Shown here piece by piece: positions 13,153-22,921 of a DNA stretch of 64,000 nucleotides. A model generated the notes under the pieces. That model had not been told where the DNA came from. It did not search any database and saw nothing but the letters and a program-made list of their open reading frames with translations. How positions within the stretch are numbered: the stretch's first letter is position 1; each line of letters begins with the position of its first letter. Origin of the DNA: an uncultured delta proteobacterium (GTDB taxonomy: Bacteria > Myxococcota_A > UBA9160 > SZUA-336); assembly GCA_963704165.1 (NCBI GenBank), contig CAVPHD010000003.1:224001-288000 (forward strand), read 5' to 3'. The position numbers were made by a program, and so were the translations under genes.

Positions 13153-13845
13153 ATGTCGCCCTCGCCTGCCGATTCCCCGCGCGCGCTCCTCCTGCCCTAC
13201 GCGCTTCCCTACCTGATCTACGTGGGACTCGGCTCGGTCTTCGACAGCCGTGCCGAGCCGCTCGCGCTGTACGGCGCGCGAGCGCTGCTGGTCACGGCCG
13301 CGCTTCTCTTTGGTTCGCGCCGCTGGCTCCCGCTTCGGGGTCCCAAGGGCGTGCTCGGCTCGATCGCCGTCGGTGCCGCGGTCGGCCTCGTCGGCACCGG
13401 GCTCTGGATCGCGCTTGCCGCCCCCTTCAGGGTCGCCGATGCCGTCGCGTGGTCCGACGCGGCCTGGCTCGCACGCGCGCTGGTCGCGACCACGTTGCCA
13501 CCGCTCGTCGAGGAGCCGCTTCTGCGCGGCTACGTCTTCGGCGGGGTCTTGCTCGTCGAGCGCAGCCGGCGCGCGGGCCTGGCGATCGGGGACGCGATGG
13601 ATCACCGCTCACTTCGCGAGATCGCCCCCGGGGAGTGGAGTCTGCTCGCGGTCGCGATCTCGACCGCGGCCTTCGCCTCCGGCCATGCGCCCTCGGAGTG
13701 GCTCGCAGCGAGCGCCTATGGTCTCTTGATGTGCGGCCTCTGGATCGCGCGCGGCGACCTCGTATCATGCGTTTCGGCCCACGCGTTCACGAACGCAGCT
13801 CTGGCCGTGTACGTGCGCGCGACCGGAAGCTGGGCACTTTGGTGA
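13153..13845 (+). CDS. CPBP/CAAX intramembrane protease (PEP-CTERM-system-associated type)
   Basis: Multi-pass hydrophobic; EExxxR (VEEPLLRGY), FASGH and HAFTN motifs. Confidence 0.82.
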   Translation: MSPSPADSPRALLLPYALPYLIYVGLGSVFDSRAEPLALYGARALLVTAALLFGSRRWLPLRGPKGVLGSIAVGAAVGLVGTGLWIALAAPFRVADAVAWSDAAWLARALVATTLPPLVEEPLLRGYVFGGVLLVERSRRAGLAIGDAMDHRSLREIAPGEWSLLAVAISTAAFASGHAPSEWLAASAYGLLMCGLWIARGDLVSCVSAHAFTNAALAVYVRATGSWALW

Positions 13846-13862
13846 GCCCGACAGAGGACGAG

Positions 13863-16493
13863 ATGCCCGAGATTCCACAGAGCTACGAGTTCGCCAGAGC
13901 GGAGCGCGAGTGGTCCGAGCGCTGGGAGCGCGACGGCATCCACCGCTACGATCCGAGTCGAAGTCGCGCCGAGACCTTCGCCGTCGACACCCCGCCGCTC
14001 ACCGTCTCCGGCTCGCTGCACATCGGACACGCGTTCAGCTTCACGCAGGCCGATGTGATCGTCCGCTATCAGCGCATGACCGGGAAGAACATCGCCTACC
14101 CGATCGGTTGGGACGACAACGGTCTCGCCACCGAGCGACGCGTACAGAACGTGTTCGGCATCCGGCCCGACCCGCGCAAGGCCCACGACCCGAACTGGAA
14201 GCCGACGCGCGAGCGCGCCAAGGACGCGCCGCTCGAGGAGGTCTCGCGGCGGAACTTCGTCGAGGCCTGCGGACTGATCACGGCCGAGGACGAGCGCGCG
14301 TTCGAGGAAGTCTGGCGCCGCGTCGGGCTCTCGGTCGATTGGACGACGCAGTACGCGACCATCGACGAGCACTGCCGACGCGTGTCGCAGCTCTCGTTCC
14401 TCGACCTGGTCGCGCGCGGCGAGGTGTATCAGAAGTACGCGCCGACGATGTGGGACGTCGACGACCGAACGGCCGTCGCGCAGGCCGAGGTCGAGGATCG
14501 CGAGCAGCCGGGCGCGTATCACGATCTGCGCTTCGCGGTCGAAGGCGGCGGGGAGTTCGCGATCTCGACCACACGGCCCGAGCTGCTCGGCGCCTGTGTG
14601 GCGGTGGTCGCGCACCCCGGTGACGAACGCTACCAGCGATACTTCGGCAAGTCGGCGCGCACGCCGCTCTTCCACGCGCTCGTGCCGATCCTGTCGTCGG
14701 AGCATGCCGACCCCGAAAAGGGCACCGGCATCCTGATGGTCTGCACGTTCGGCGACCAGGCCGACGTGGAGTTCTGGAGGGGCCGCGACCTGCCGCTGCG
14801 CCAGCTGATCGGCATCGATGGCCGCATGCGCGCCGTGACGTTCGGCGAAGCCCCCTTCGAGAGTGCGGATCCGGCGCGCGCACGCGAGGCGTGGTCGGCT
14901 CTCGAGGGCAAGACGGTGAAGCAGGCGCAGGCGCGCAGCGTCGAGCTTCTGCGAAGCGAAGGCGCACTAGTCGGCGAGCCGCGTCCGATCACGCACCCGG
15001 TGAAGTACTACGAACGCGGCTCGCGTCCGCTCGAATTCGTTCCGACACGACAGTGGTTCATCCGCTTGCTGCAACACAAAGAGGCGTTCCTCGAGCAGGG
15101 GCGGAAGATCGAGTGGCGGCCGGCGTTCATGCGCGCGCGATACGAGAATTGGGTGCAGGGACTGAACCAGGACTGGTGCGTGAGCCGCCAGCGCTACTCG
15201 GGCGTTCCGTTTCCGGTCTGGTACCCGCTCGGCGCGAACGGGGCGCCCGACTACGATCGCCCGATCTTCGCCGCGAAGGACGCGCTACCCGTCGATCCGA
15301 TGTCTTCGACGCCCTCCGGCTACGTCGAGGCGCAGCGCGATCAGCCCGGCGGGTTCGCCGGGGATCCCGACGTGATGGACACTTGGGCCACGTCGTCGCT
15401 CACTCCGCAGATCGTGAGCCACTGGCCCCTCGACCCGAAGCGGCACGAGAGCCTCTTCCCGATGGACATGCGCCCGCAGTCGCACGAGATCATCCGCACC
15501 TGGGCGTTCTACACGATCGTGAAGGCGTGGATGCACGAGCGGAAGATCCCCTGGCGCAACGTCGTCGTCTCGGGCTGGATCCTCGATCCCGACCGCAAGA
15601 AGATGTCGAAGTCGAAGGGCAACGTGGTGACGCCGATGGCCCTGTTCGAGACGCACTCCGTCGACGCCGTGCGCTACTGGGCCGCGCGCGCGCGGCTCGG
15701 TGTCGATACCGCGCTCGACGAGCAGGTCATGAAGCTGGGACGCCGGCTCGCGAACAAGCTGGCCAACGCCGGACGGTTCGCGCTCCTGCAACTCGAACGC
15801 GCGGGCGCGAGCACGACATCGCATCCGCCCTCGCACATCACGCATCCGCTCGACGTCGATTTCGCGGCGAAGCTCGCGGCGCTGGTCGAGCGCGCCACGC
15901 GCTGCTTCGCCGACTTCGAGTTCGCGCCCGCGCTGCAGGCCTGCGAAGAGACTTTCTGGGACTTCTGCGACAACTACCTCGAGATCGTGAAGGTTCGCGC
16001 GTACGCGGAATCGGCATCCGACGGACGGGAGTCCGCACTCGCGACGCTTCAGCTCGCACTGCGCGTCTTCCTGCGCCTGTTTGCGCCGGTGATGCCCTAC
16101 GTGACCGAAGAGGTCTGGTCGTGGCGCTTCGCGGGTGCCGGACGCGAGAAGTCGATCCACACGAGCGCCTGGCCGACGGCGAGCGATTTCGAGGGCATCG
16201 CGCTCGCGCGCGCGGGCCGCGCCTACGATGCAGCGCGCGAGGTCTCGGCCGCGATCCGCGGCGCGAAGACGAGCGCGAAGAAGAGCCTGCGCTGGCCGGT
16301 CGCGCGGCTCGAGGTTCGGGGAGGCGACGCCGAGCTCGCAGCGCTGCGCGCGGTCCTCTCGGACGTGCTCGGCGCCGGCAGCGTGGATGCCTCGGCGTGC
16401 TCGCTCGAGCCGGGAACGGCCGACGAGGGCGCGCTCTTCGCGACCTCGATCGAGCTCGCCGAGCAAGCGGCGGAGCCCGGCACCCCGAGCTAG
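13863..16493 (+). CDS. valS: Valine--tRNA ligase, type 2 (archaeal/actinobacterial-like)
   Basis: SGSLHIGH, GWDDNGLATERRVQ, DWCVSRQR, KMSKS; no long C-terminal coiled coil. Confidence 0.94.
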   Translation: MPEIPQSYEFARAEREWSERWERDGIHRYDPSRSRAETFAVDTPPLTVSGSLHIGHAFSFTQADVIVRYQRMTGKNIAYPIGWDDNGLATERRVQNVFGIRPDPRKAHDPNWKPTRERAKDAPLEEVSRRNFVEACGLITAEDERAFEEVWRRVGLSVDWTTQYATIDEHCRRVSQLSFLDLVARGEVYQKYAPTMWDVDDRTAVAQAEVEDREQPGAYHDLRFAVEGGGEFAISTTRPELLGACVAVVAHPGDERYQRYFGKSARTPLFHALVPILSSEHADPEKGTGILMVCTFGDQADVEFWRGRDLPLRQLIGIDGRMRAVTFGEAPFESADPARAREAWSALEGKTVKQAQARSVELLRSEGALVGEPRPITHPVKYYERGSRPLEFVPTRQWFIRLLQHKEAFLEQGRKIEWRPAFMRARYENWVQGLNQDWCVSRQRYSGVPFPVWYPLGANGAPDYDRPIFAAKDALPVDPMSSTPSGYVEAQRDQPGGFAGDPDVMDTWATSSLTPQIVSHWPLDPKRHESLFPMDMRPQSHEIIRTWAFYTIVKAWMHERKIPWRNVVVSGWILDPDRKKMSKSKGNVVTPMALFETHSVDAVRYWAARARLGVDTALDEQVMKLGRRLANKLANAGRFALLQLERAGASTTSHPPSHITHPLDVDFAAKLAALVERATRCFADFEFAPALQACEETFWDFCDNYLEIVKVRAYAESASDGRESALATLQLALRVFLRLFAPVMPYVTEEVWSWRFAGAGREKSIHTSAWPTASDFEGIALARAGRAYDAAREVSAAIRGAKTSAKKSLRWPVARLEVRGGDAELAALRAVLSDVLGAGSVDASACSLEPGTADEGALFATSIELAEQAAEPGTPS

Positions 16494-17365
16494 GCCGCGC
16501 CGGGTCCCGCGAGGATCCGCAACGCCTGCTTCAGATGCGGGCGATCGAGCATCTTGCCGTCGAGCGCGACGGTGCCCGCCTGCGGATTCGCCTCGAACGC
16601 CGCGACCACGTTGCGGGCGTGCGCGATCTCCTCCGGCGACGGCGTGAACGCGCGCTGGATGATCGGCACCTGGTCGGGATGGATCGCGATCTTGCCGGTG
16701 AACCCGTCCCGGCGCGCTCGCACCGCGCTCGTCTCGAGACCTTCGAGGTCGCGGAAGTCGGGATGAACCGTGTCGAGCGGTTGCACGTCGGCCGCGACCG
16801 CCGCCGCGAGGCAGAGCGCGCGAGCGAGCTGGTAGACGAACGCGAGCTCGCCATCGGGACCGCGATTGGTCGTCGCTCCGAGCGCGGCCGGGAGATCCTC
16901 CGCGCCCCAGGTGAGCCCCTGAAGTCGCGGGCTCGAGCCCGCGTAGCTGTCGAGGTGAAAGAGCGCCCCCGCGGTCTCGGTCGCGACCGGCAGGATTCGC
17001 GTCTGGCCGAGCGCGATCCCGTCGCGCGTCTCGAGCGCGGACAGATAGTGATCGAGCCGGACGACGTCGGCGGCGGAACCGGTCTTCGGCACGACGATTC
17101 CGTCGGGTGCGCCCGGCATCACGGCAGCGAGGTCCTCGAGGGCATCCGAGCCATCGAGTGGGTTGATGCGCACGAAGAGCGCCGGCCTCCGCGTGCCACG
17201 CCGGGCCTCGAGGTACTCGCGCACCAGACCCCGCGCGTACGGTCGCCGTTCGAGCGCGACCGCGTCCTCGAGATCGAGGATCAGCGCGTCGGCACCGGAG
17301 TCGCCGCCCTTCGCGAGCTTGCGCTCGCTGTCGCCGGGAACGAAGAGCATCGCGCGGAAGATCAC
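16490..17365 (-). CDS. CitE/HpcH family CoA-ester lyase
   Basis: LFVPGD, LDLEDAV, VRINP, GAEDL, GKIAIHP, GKMLDRPH. Confidence 0.9.
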   Translation of the reverse strand: MIFRAMLFVPGDSERKLAKGGDSGADALILDLEDAVALERRPYARGLVREYLEARRGTRRPALFVRINPLDGSDALEDLAAVMPGAPDGIVVPKTGSAADVVRLDHYLSALETRDGIALGQTRILPVATETAGALFHLDSYAGSSPRLQGLTWGAEDLPAALGATTNRGPDGELAFVYQLARALCLAAAVAADVQPLDTVHPDFRDLEGLETSAVRARRDGFTGKIAIHPDQVPIIQRAFTPSPEEIAHARNVVAAFEANPQAGTVALDGKMLDRPHLKQALRILAGPGAA

Positions 17366-17405
17366 GGCCGAAGCCTAGCCGAATTCGAAACGCGCGGTCC
17401 GGTCG

Positions 17406-18536
17406 CTAGGGCAAGTTCCGGAAGCTGTCGCCGATGACCAGCTCGCGCTCCGAACGCGTCACGAGAGCGAGCGAGGTCCGCTCGCCGGCCTTGACCACGA
17501 AGACCTCACCCACGACGTCGTCCGGAACCATCAGCATGTTGGACGAGAGCGGATCGCGCACCTGGCGGCCCGCGCGGAAGACCATGAGGCGCCTTCCCGG
17601 AACGACACCACTGCGTGTACCCTGGTCCAGAACCACGAAGTCCCGATCGCCCACGCGCTGTCGGTAGGGCTCGAAGGCGACGATCTCGCCGCGCACGGGC
17701 TGACCGGTGCGCACCTCGGTGACCGCCTCGGGCTCCTCGACGAATGGCATCACGCGGTCGCCGGGCTGCATCTCCGCCCAGGACTGGGTGATGCGTACCC
17801 ACGAAGTCTCGGGGAGAAGCTGAGTGATCTCGGCCTTGCCGAGAACCTGGATGAAGTAGCCGAGCAGCTCGCCCGAGTCCGGGTGGTACAGCGGGCGGCG
17901 GACCCGGAAGACCGTGTAGGCGTCCCCGATGTGCGCCTGGCCTTCGCCGACGCTCACGATCGAGCGCTGGCCCTGAACCGTCCAGTAGTTCTCCTCGTGA
18001 TTTCCCATGATCGCCCCGCTCGCCTTCAGGACATCGTCCGTGACGAAGCTGACCCCTTGGAGCGTCGGGATCTCGAGCTTGAAGTCGTCGCTGACCTCGG
18101 CAGAATCGAGGCCCGAGAACGGATCCGGCTCCTCGCTGGGCTCCGCGATCTTCCGCACCGCGGGAGCAGGAGCCTCCGGCGCCGGGGCCGCGGGTACCTC
18201 GGTCGGGGCCTCGGTTCGGGCATTCGCCGCGGCGAGGCGAGCCGCCTCCTCCGGCGTGAGCTTGCGCATCATGCCCTCGGAGATCCAGATCAGCTCGCCG
18301 GGGAAGATGCGATGCGGATTGGCGATCTCCGCCTCGTTCTCCTTCCACACCGACGGCCAGATCCACGGCGTGCCGAGGTAGGTTTCCGATATGGCCCAGA
18401 GCGTATCGCCCTTCTGAACCTTGTAGATCTGTCCCTTCTTGCCGTCGGGTGTCACGCCCGTACCCTGACCCTGCGCGAGGCAGAAACCGGGCAGGACCAG
18501 TCCGACGACCAGCACGATGGAGCGAAGCGAGGACAT
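17406..18536 (-). CDS. LysM peptidoglycan-binding protein (TsaP-like)
   Basis: Signal peptide; YKVQKGDTLWAIS...PWIWPSVW...NPHRIFPG LysM; C-terminal beta-rich domains. Confidence 0.85.
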   Translation of the reverse strand: MSSLRSIVLVVGLVLPGFCLAQGQGTGVTPDGKKGQIYKVQKGDTLWAISETYLGTPWIWPSVWKENEAEIANPHRIFPGELIWISEGMMRKLTPEEAARLAAANARTEAPTEVPAAPAPEAPAPAVRKIAEPSEEPDPFSGLDSAEVSDDFKLEIPTLQGVSFVTDDVLKASGAIMGNHEENYWTVQGQRSIVSVGEGQAHIGDAYTVFRVRRPLYHPDSGELLGYFIQVLGKAEITQLLPETSWVRITQSWAEMQPGDRVMPFVEEPEAVTEVRTGQPVRGEIVAFEPYRQRVGDRDFVVLDQGTRSGVVPGRRLMVFRAGRQVRDPLSSNMLMVPDDVVGEVFVVKAGERTSLALVTRSERELVIGDSFRNLP

Positions 18537-18605
18537 GGATTCCCCTTTCCACGACGCGCATCGGCAGTGCCTACGCGTGCCTTTAGAAAGGTCTCCGCAT
18601 CCGAC

Positions 18606-21050
18606 TCAGCCGGCCTGAAGCTCCTTCAAGAGCTTCTCGGCGGCTTCGCGCTCGGCGAAGTTCGAACTCTCCTCCAGCGCGCGCCTGAGTTCCTGGACGG
18701 CGCGATCACGCTCGCCGTTCTTCTCGTACGCGGACGCGAGGTGGTAGCGGACCGTGCCGCGAAGCGGGTGGCCGTTGGGGTAGCCATCGACCGCCTCCCG
18801 AAACAGCGCAATCGCAGCCGACGGGATGCCCTTCTTGTACATCACCCAGCCCAGCGTGTCGGCGACGCTCGGATCGTTGGGCATCGCGTTCTTCGCGTCC
18901 TGGGCGAGCTGGAGCGCGCGATCGAGCTCGGCCGGCGTTGCCTGATCGTTGTCGGCCAGCAGCCACGCCAGGTTGTTCTTCGCTCCCGGCTGGTCCTGGT
19001 CGAGCCGGAGCACGACCTCGTAGTTCTCCTTCGCCTCGTCCTTGCGCCCGGCCGTCTCGGACAGCGATGCGAGCTCGAGTGCGATCAGCGGGTTCTGCGA
19101 GTCCATCTCGCGCGCCTTCTTGTAGGCCGTGATCGCATCGTCGAGGTGGCTGCCGTCGCGCTGCCAGAGTGTCCGGTACAGCTTGGCGAGCGTGACCACG
19201 CTGTCCACGCGCTTCGGATCCTTCTCGATCGCGAGCTTGAGGTCCGCGAGTGCCAGCGCGATTCCCTCCGGTTTGTCGCCGCCGGGTGACGAGAGGCGGA
19301 TCTTCGCGCGCATCTCGTAGAGCGGGACGTTGTCGGGCTGCGCCTTGATGAAGCCGTCGATTTTCTTCATCGCGGCCTCGTAGTTCCGCTCGTCGAGATC
19401 CGACTGGATCAACTCGGCCATCGCCGCCGGGTCGTTCGGGTTCTCGGCGATCAGCGCCTCGAGGATCGGTGCCGCAGCCTTGGTGTCACGCGTGCGGCGA
19501 TAGAGTTCCGCGATCTTGAGCCGGATCGGCGCAGGTAGCTCCGTCGTGACCTCGATCGGCCGGAGCATCTCGCGCGCCTCGTGGATGCGCTTCAGTCGCG
19601 TCAGGGCTTCGACCAGGATCAATCGGATGCGCAGATCTTTCGGGTTCTGCTCGACGACGAGCTTCGCTTCACGAGCCGCGCTTTCGTCTTCACCCGCGGC
19701 GAGATACAGGGCGGAGAGCTGGCTGCGCGCGGGCATGTACTGGGCATCGACCTGGAGCGCCTCCTGGAACTCGCTGCGCGCGAGATCCTGCTGACGCTGA
19801 GCGAGGTACGCGGTGCCGAGCAGCACGTGGGCCGCTGCGCTCGGCTGCTGATCGATCACGCGCCGCAGACTGGTCGCGGCCTCCGAATACTTCTTGTCGA
19901 GCAGGTAGAACTTCCCCTCGGTGAAGAGCCCGAGCACGCTCTTCGGGTTCTCCGTCAGGATCTCCCGCACGATGGCCCAGGCCTCGGGAGTGGGCGTGGC
20001 ATCTTCGCCCTTGGTGTCCACGATCAGCTCGGCTCTGCGCAGACGGGCGGCCTCGCTCTTGGGCTCGACTTCGATGGCGCGATCGACGTCCGCAAGCGCC
20101 TGCTCGACGTTCCCGGCCCGTCGGTGGTAGTCCGCGAGCACGAGCAGCGGCTCGGCGAGGCCGGGCTGCATCTTCACGCTCTCTTCGAGCATCGCTTCGG
20201 CCTGGTCGCTCTTGTTGGTCGAGTAGTAGAAGCGCGCCAGCGTCAACAACACGTTTGCGTCGTCGGGCGCGTCCTTGCGGGCCTCGAGCAGGATCTCCTC
20301 GGCTTTGTCCGGCTGCCCTTGGTTGATGTAGAAGTTGGTCAGGAACAGGCGTGCCTGGGTGCGCTCGTCCGAGCTCTCCGCTGCGCCGATCGCCGAGTTC
20401 AATTCGGCGAGTGCCTCGTCGCTCTTGCCGACGATGGAAAGGAAACGCGCGACCGAGAGGTGGTTCGACGTCGAAGGCTTGACGACGACGAGTCTGCGCA
20501 GCGCCTCTTCCGCGCCCGCGATGTCGCCCTTCCGCCCGAGAGCCTGCGCTCGCAGCGCGAGCGAATCGGGGTGATCGGGATCGATCGCGAGCGCGACGTC
20601 GAGATCCTCGATCAGCCCGTCGACGTCGCCCTTCACCGATTTCAGAGCGCCGCGAAGAAGCAGCGCGTCGATGTTCTTCGGGTCCTTCTCGAGAACCGTC
20701 GAGACCTGCTCGAGAGCGGTATCGTAGTCGCGCGCGGCGAAGAGCACCTGCGTGAGCTTCATCCGCCACTCGGCGTTGTCGGGCGCGAGTCGCGACGCTT
20801 CCTTGTACTGCCAGAGCGCTTCGCCGAACTCCTGAAGCGCCCAGAGCGTCTCGGCCATCTTGTAGTGCGCCTCAGCGTCGTTCGGAGCGAGCTGGAGCAG
20901 ATTCAGGTACGCGATCTTCGCTTCGCTCCACTCCTCGTCATCGAAGAACGCGGTGGCCGCCTCGCGCTGCTCGGCGATCCGAGCTTCCTTCGACGTGCAC
21001 CCAAGCACGACGGAAAGCAGGAGAGAGCACAGAATCGCCGCAACTCGCAT
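18606..21050 (-). CDS. Long TPR-repeat lipoprotein (PrsT-like)
   Basis: MRVAAILCSLLLSVVLG-C lipobox; tandem TPRs; NNLAWLLA...DTLGWV motif. Confidence 0.8.
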   Translation of the reverse strand: MRVAAILCSLLLSVVLGCTSKEARIAEQREAATAFFDDEEWSEAKIAYLNLLQLAPNDAEAHYKMAETLWALQEFGEALWQYKEASRLAPDNAEWRMKLTQVLFAARDYDTALEQVSTVLEKDPKNIDALLLRGALKSVKGDVDGLIEDLDVALAIDPDHPDSLALRAQALGRKGDIAGAEEALRRLVVVKPSTSNHLSVARFLSIVGKSDEALAELNSAIGAAESSDERTQARLFLTNFYINQGQPDKAEEILLEARKDAPDDANVLLTLARFYYSTNKSDQAEAMLEESVKMQPGLAEPLLVLADYHRRAGNVEQALADVDRAIEVEPKSEAARLRRAELIVDTKGEDATPTPEAWAIVREILTENPKSVLGLFTEGKFYLLDKKYSEAATSLRRVIDQQPSAAAHVLLGTAYLAQRQQDLARSEFQEALQVDAQYMPARSQLSALYLAAGEDESAAREAKLVVEQNPKDLRIRLILVEALTRLKRIHEAREMLRPIEVTTELPAPIRLKIAELYRRTRDTKAAAPILEALIAENPNDPAAMAELIQSDLDERNYEAAMKKIDGFIKAQPDNVPLYEMRAKIRLSSPGGDKPEGIALALADLKLAIEKDPKRVDSVVTLAKLYRTLWQRDGSHLDDAITAYKKAREMDSQNPLIALELASLSETAGRKDEAKENYEVVLRLDQDQPGAKNNLAWLLADNDQATPAELDRALQLAQDAKNAMPNDPSVADTLGWVMYKKGIPSAAIALFREAVDGYPNGHPLRGTVRYHLASAYEKNGERDRAVQELRRALEESSNFAEREAAEKLLKELQAG

Positions 21051-21111
21051 CTTCGGGGACCTCCGGGCGCGTATTCGGTCCCGAAGTGCTAGCACACGGC
21101 GGGGTCCGAGT

Positions 21112-21792
21112 TCAGGTCCGCTCGGCGGCGTCGGTGTCGGCTGCGGGCACGAGGTAGCGCTTGCCCTCTTGCTCGAGCCAGCCGGAGTCCTTGAGTTCCT
21201 TCACGACGCGCGTGATGGTCTCGCGACTCGTACCGACGAGATCGGCGAGCTGCTGGTGCGTGATCGGCGACGTCGCCATGCGATCCTCGCGCGATGGCAC
21301 CTTCTCCTTGGCCAGACGCGCGAGCAGACGCCGCGCCCGGCTTTCGACGCGCTCGAAGGAGAGGCCGCGGATTTGCTCGTCGGTCTCGCGCAGGCGCCGC
21401 GCGAACTCGCGAAGCAGATCGAGCGTGAGCTCGTGATTCTGCTTCAGCAGCCCCAGGAAATCCTGGCGGGAGAGCGCGAGCAGCACGCATGCCGTCGTCG
21501 TCTTCACGGAAGCCGAACGCGGCTCGCGATCGAGCAGCGCCATCTCGCCGAAGAAGTCGCCCGGCCCGAGGATCTCGAGGATCTTCTCGCGGCCGTCCTC
21601 GGACATCTTCGTGACCTTCACCTGGCCTTCCTGGATCAGGTACATGTAGTCGCCGAGCGAACCGTCCTCGAAAATCACGGCATCGCGCGGGAACTTCCGA
21701 TCGATCAAGAGGCCCGCGATGTCGGCGAGATCCTTCTCGTCGAGGTTGCGGAAGAGCGGAATGCCGCGGAGAGCGTCGTTGTGTTCCTTCAT
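21112..21792 (-). CDS. Crp/Fnr family cyclic-nucleotide-binding regulator
   Basis: FFGEMALL...RSAS cNMP pocket; HTH QQLADLVGTSRETITR. Confidence 0.92.
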   Translation of the reverse strand: MKEHNDALRGIPLFRNLDEKDLADIAGLLIDRKFPRDAVIFEDGSLGDYMYLIQEGQVKVTKMSEDGREKILEILGPGDFFGEMALLDREPRSASVKTTTACVLLALSRQDFLGLLKQNHELTLDLLREFARRLRETDEQIRGLSFERVESRARRLLARLAKEKVPSREDRMATSPITHQQLADLVGTSRETITRVVKELKDSGWLEQEGKRYLVPAADTDAAERT

Positions 21793-21829
21793 ACCTGTCT
21801 GCCTCGGTCCATGGACATGGACGGAACTC

Positions 21830-22921
21830 CTATAGGAGCTCTTCACGATGCTGGCGGGTGAGCTCATCGACGACCCCTCGCACGTCCTGCGCGTGATCTT
21901 TAGCGCAGACGAGAAGTGCGTCGGTGGTCTGGATCACAAGCAGGTCCTGCACGCCGATCAGCACCACCTGCCTATCGGCCGAACTCCACACGACATTGCG
22001 TCTCGCCTCGAAGAGCAGCGGCGATGGTGAGCAGTGTACACGGTTGCCGTCGCGTGGGGGCAGATGCTCGCCGAGTGCGTCCCAGCTCCCGAGGTCCGAC
22101 CAGCCAAAATCCCCGCGCACGGCGCGAACGCGGCGACTCCGCTCCAGGACCGCGAAATCGAACGAGAGCGGTCGAACCCGCGCCCAGGCTCGGGCGAACG
22201 CCGCGCGCGGCACGGAACGTCCCTCGGCGATCCGCGAGAGCGTCGCTCCGAGCGCGTCCCAGATCTCTGGCGCGTGCGTGCGCGTCTCGGCGAGGATCCG
22301 CTCGGGGCGCGCGAACAGCATGCCGGAGTTCCACAGAACCCGACCGCTCGAAACGAGGGTCCGAGCTCGCGCGCGCGTGGGCTTCTCGACGAAGCGCTCG
22401 ACCTCGAGACCCCCATCGCGGCCCGCGCGACGCGAGACGCCGAGGTAGCCGTAACCCGTCTCCGGCCGCGTCGGTTCGATGCCGAGCAGCACGAGGTGCT
22501 CACCGTCCGCGGCGACGCTCGATGCCCGTCTCACGCAGCGAACGAAGGCACCGGGCTTCGTGATCAGGTGATCCGCCGGAAAGACGCCGATCACCCCGTC
22601 GCGTCCGCGCCCGAGCGCATCCGCCGCGGACCAGGCGATCGCCGCCGCCGTGTTCCGCGCGAGCGGCTCGAGCAGGAGTCGTGCGCCGCGATGCGCGCGA
22701 AGCGCGGAGCGCGTCGGACCGGCGAGCGAAGCGGCCGAGACGACCGTCGTGCGACCCGGCGGCGCGATCCGCCGCAATCGCGTGAGCGTGTCACCGAGGA
22801 GCGTACGTGTTCCGACGAGCTTCACGAACGGCTTCGGAAGCGCGCGGCGGCTCGCGGGCCAGAAGCGGGTTCCCGCACCGCCCGCGAGTACGACCGGCAG
22901 GATTTCCCGCCTTCGGGCTAT
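21830..22921 (-). CDS. manC: Mannose-1-phosphate guanylyltransferase (start uncertain)
   Basis: LAGGAGTRFWP, PKPF, RNTA, PETGYGY, FVEKP, WNSG, WSDLGSW; no ATG/GTG close to the conserved N-terminus. Confidence 0.88.
   Translation of the reverse strand: MARRREILPVVLAGGAGTRFWPASRRALPKPFVKLVGTRTLLGDTLTRLRRIAPPGRTTVVSAASLAGPTRSALRAHRGARLLLEPLARNTAAAIAWSAADALGRGRDGVIGVFPADHLITKPGAFVRCVRRASSVAADGEHLVLLGIEPTRPETGYGYLGVSRRAGRDGGLEVERFVEKPTRARARTLVSSGRVLWNSGMLFARPERILAETRTHAPEIWDALGATLSRIAEGRSVPRAAFARAWARVRPLSFDFAVLERSRRVRAVRGDFGWSDLGSWDALGEHLPPRDGNRVHCSPSPLLFEARRNVVWSSADRQVVLIGVQDLLVIQTTDALLVCAKDHAQDVRGVVDELTRQHREELL

Noticed and set aside
18557..18573. Third sigma54-like site (TAGGCACTGCCGATGCG) before the LysM gene
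   Set aside because: Weaker match and it would leave only about a 10-nt leader; not enough support.
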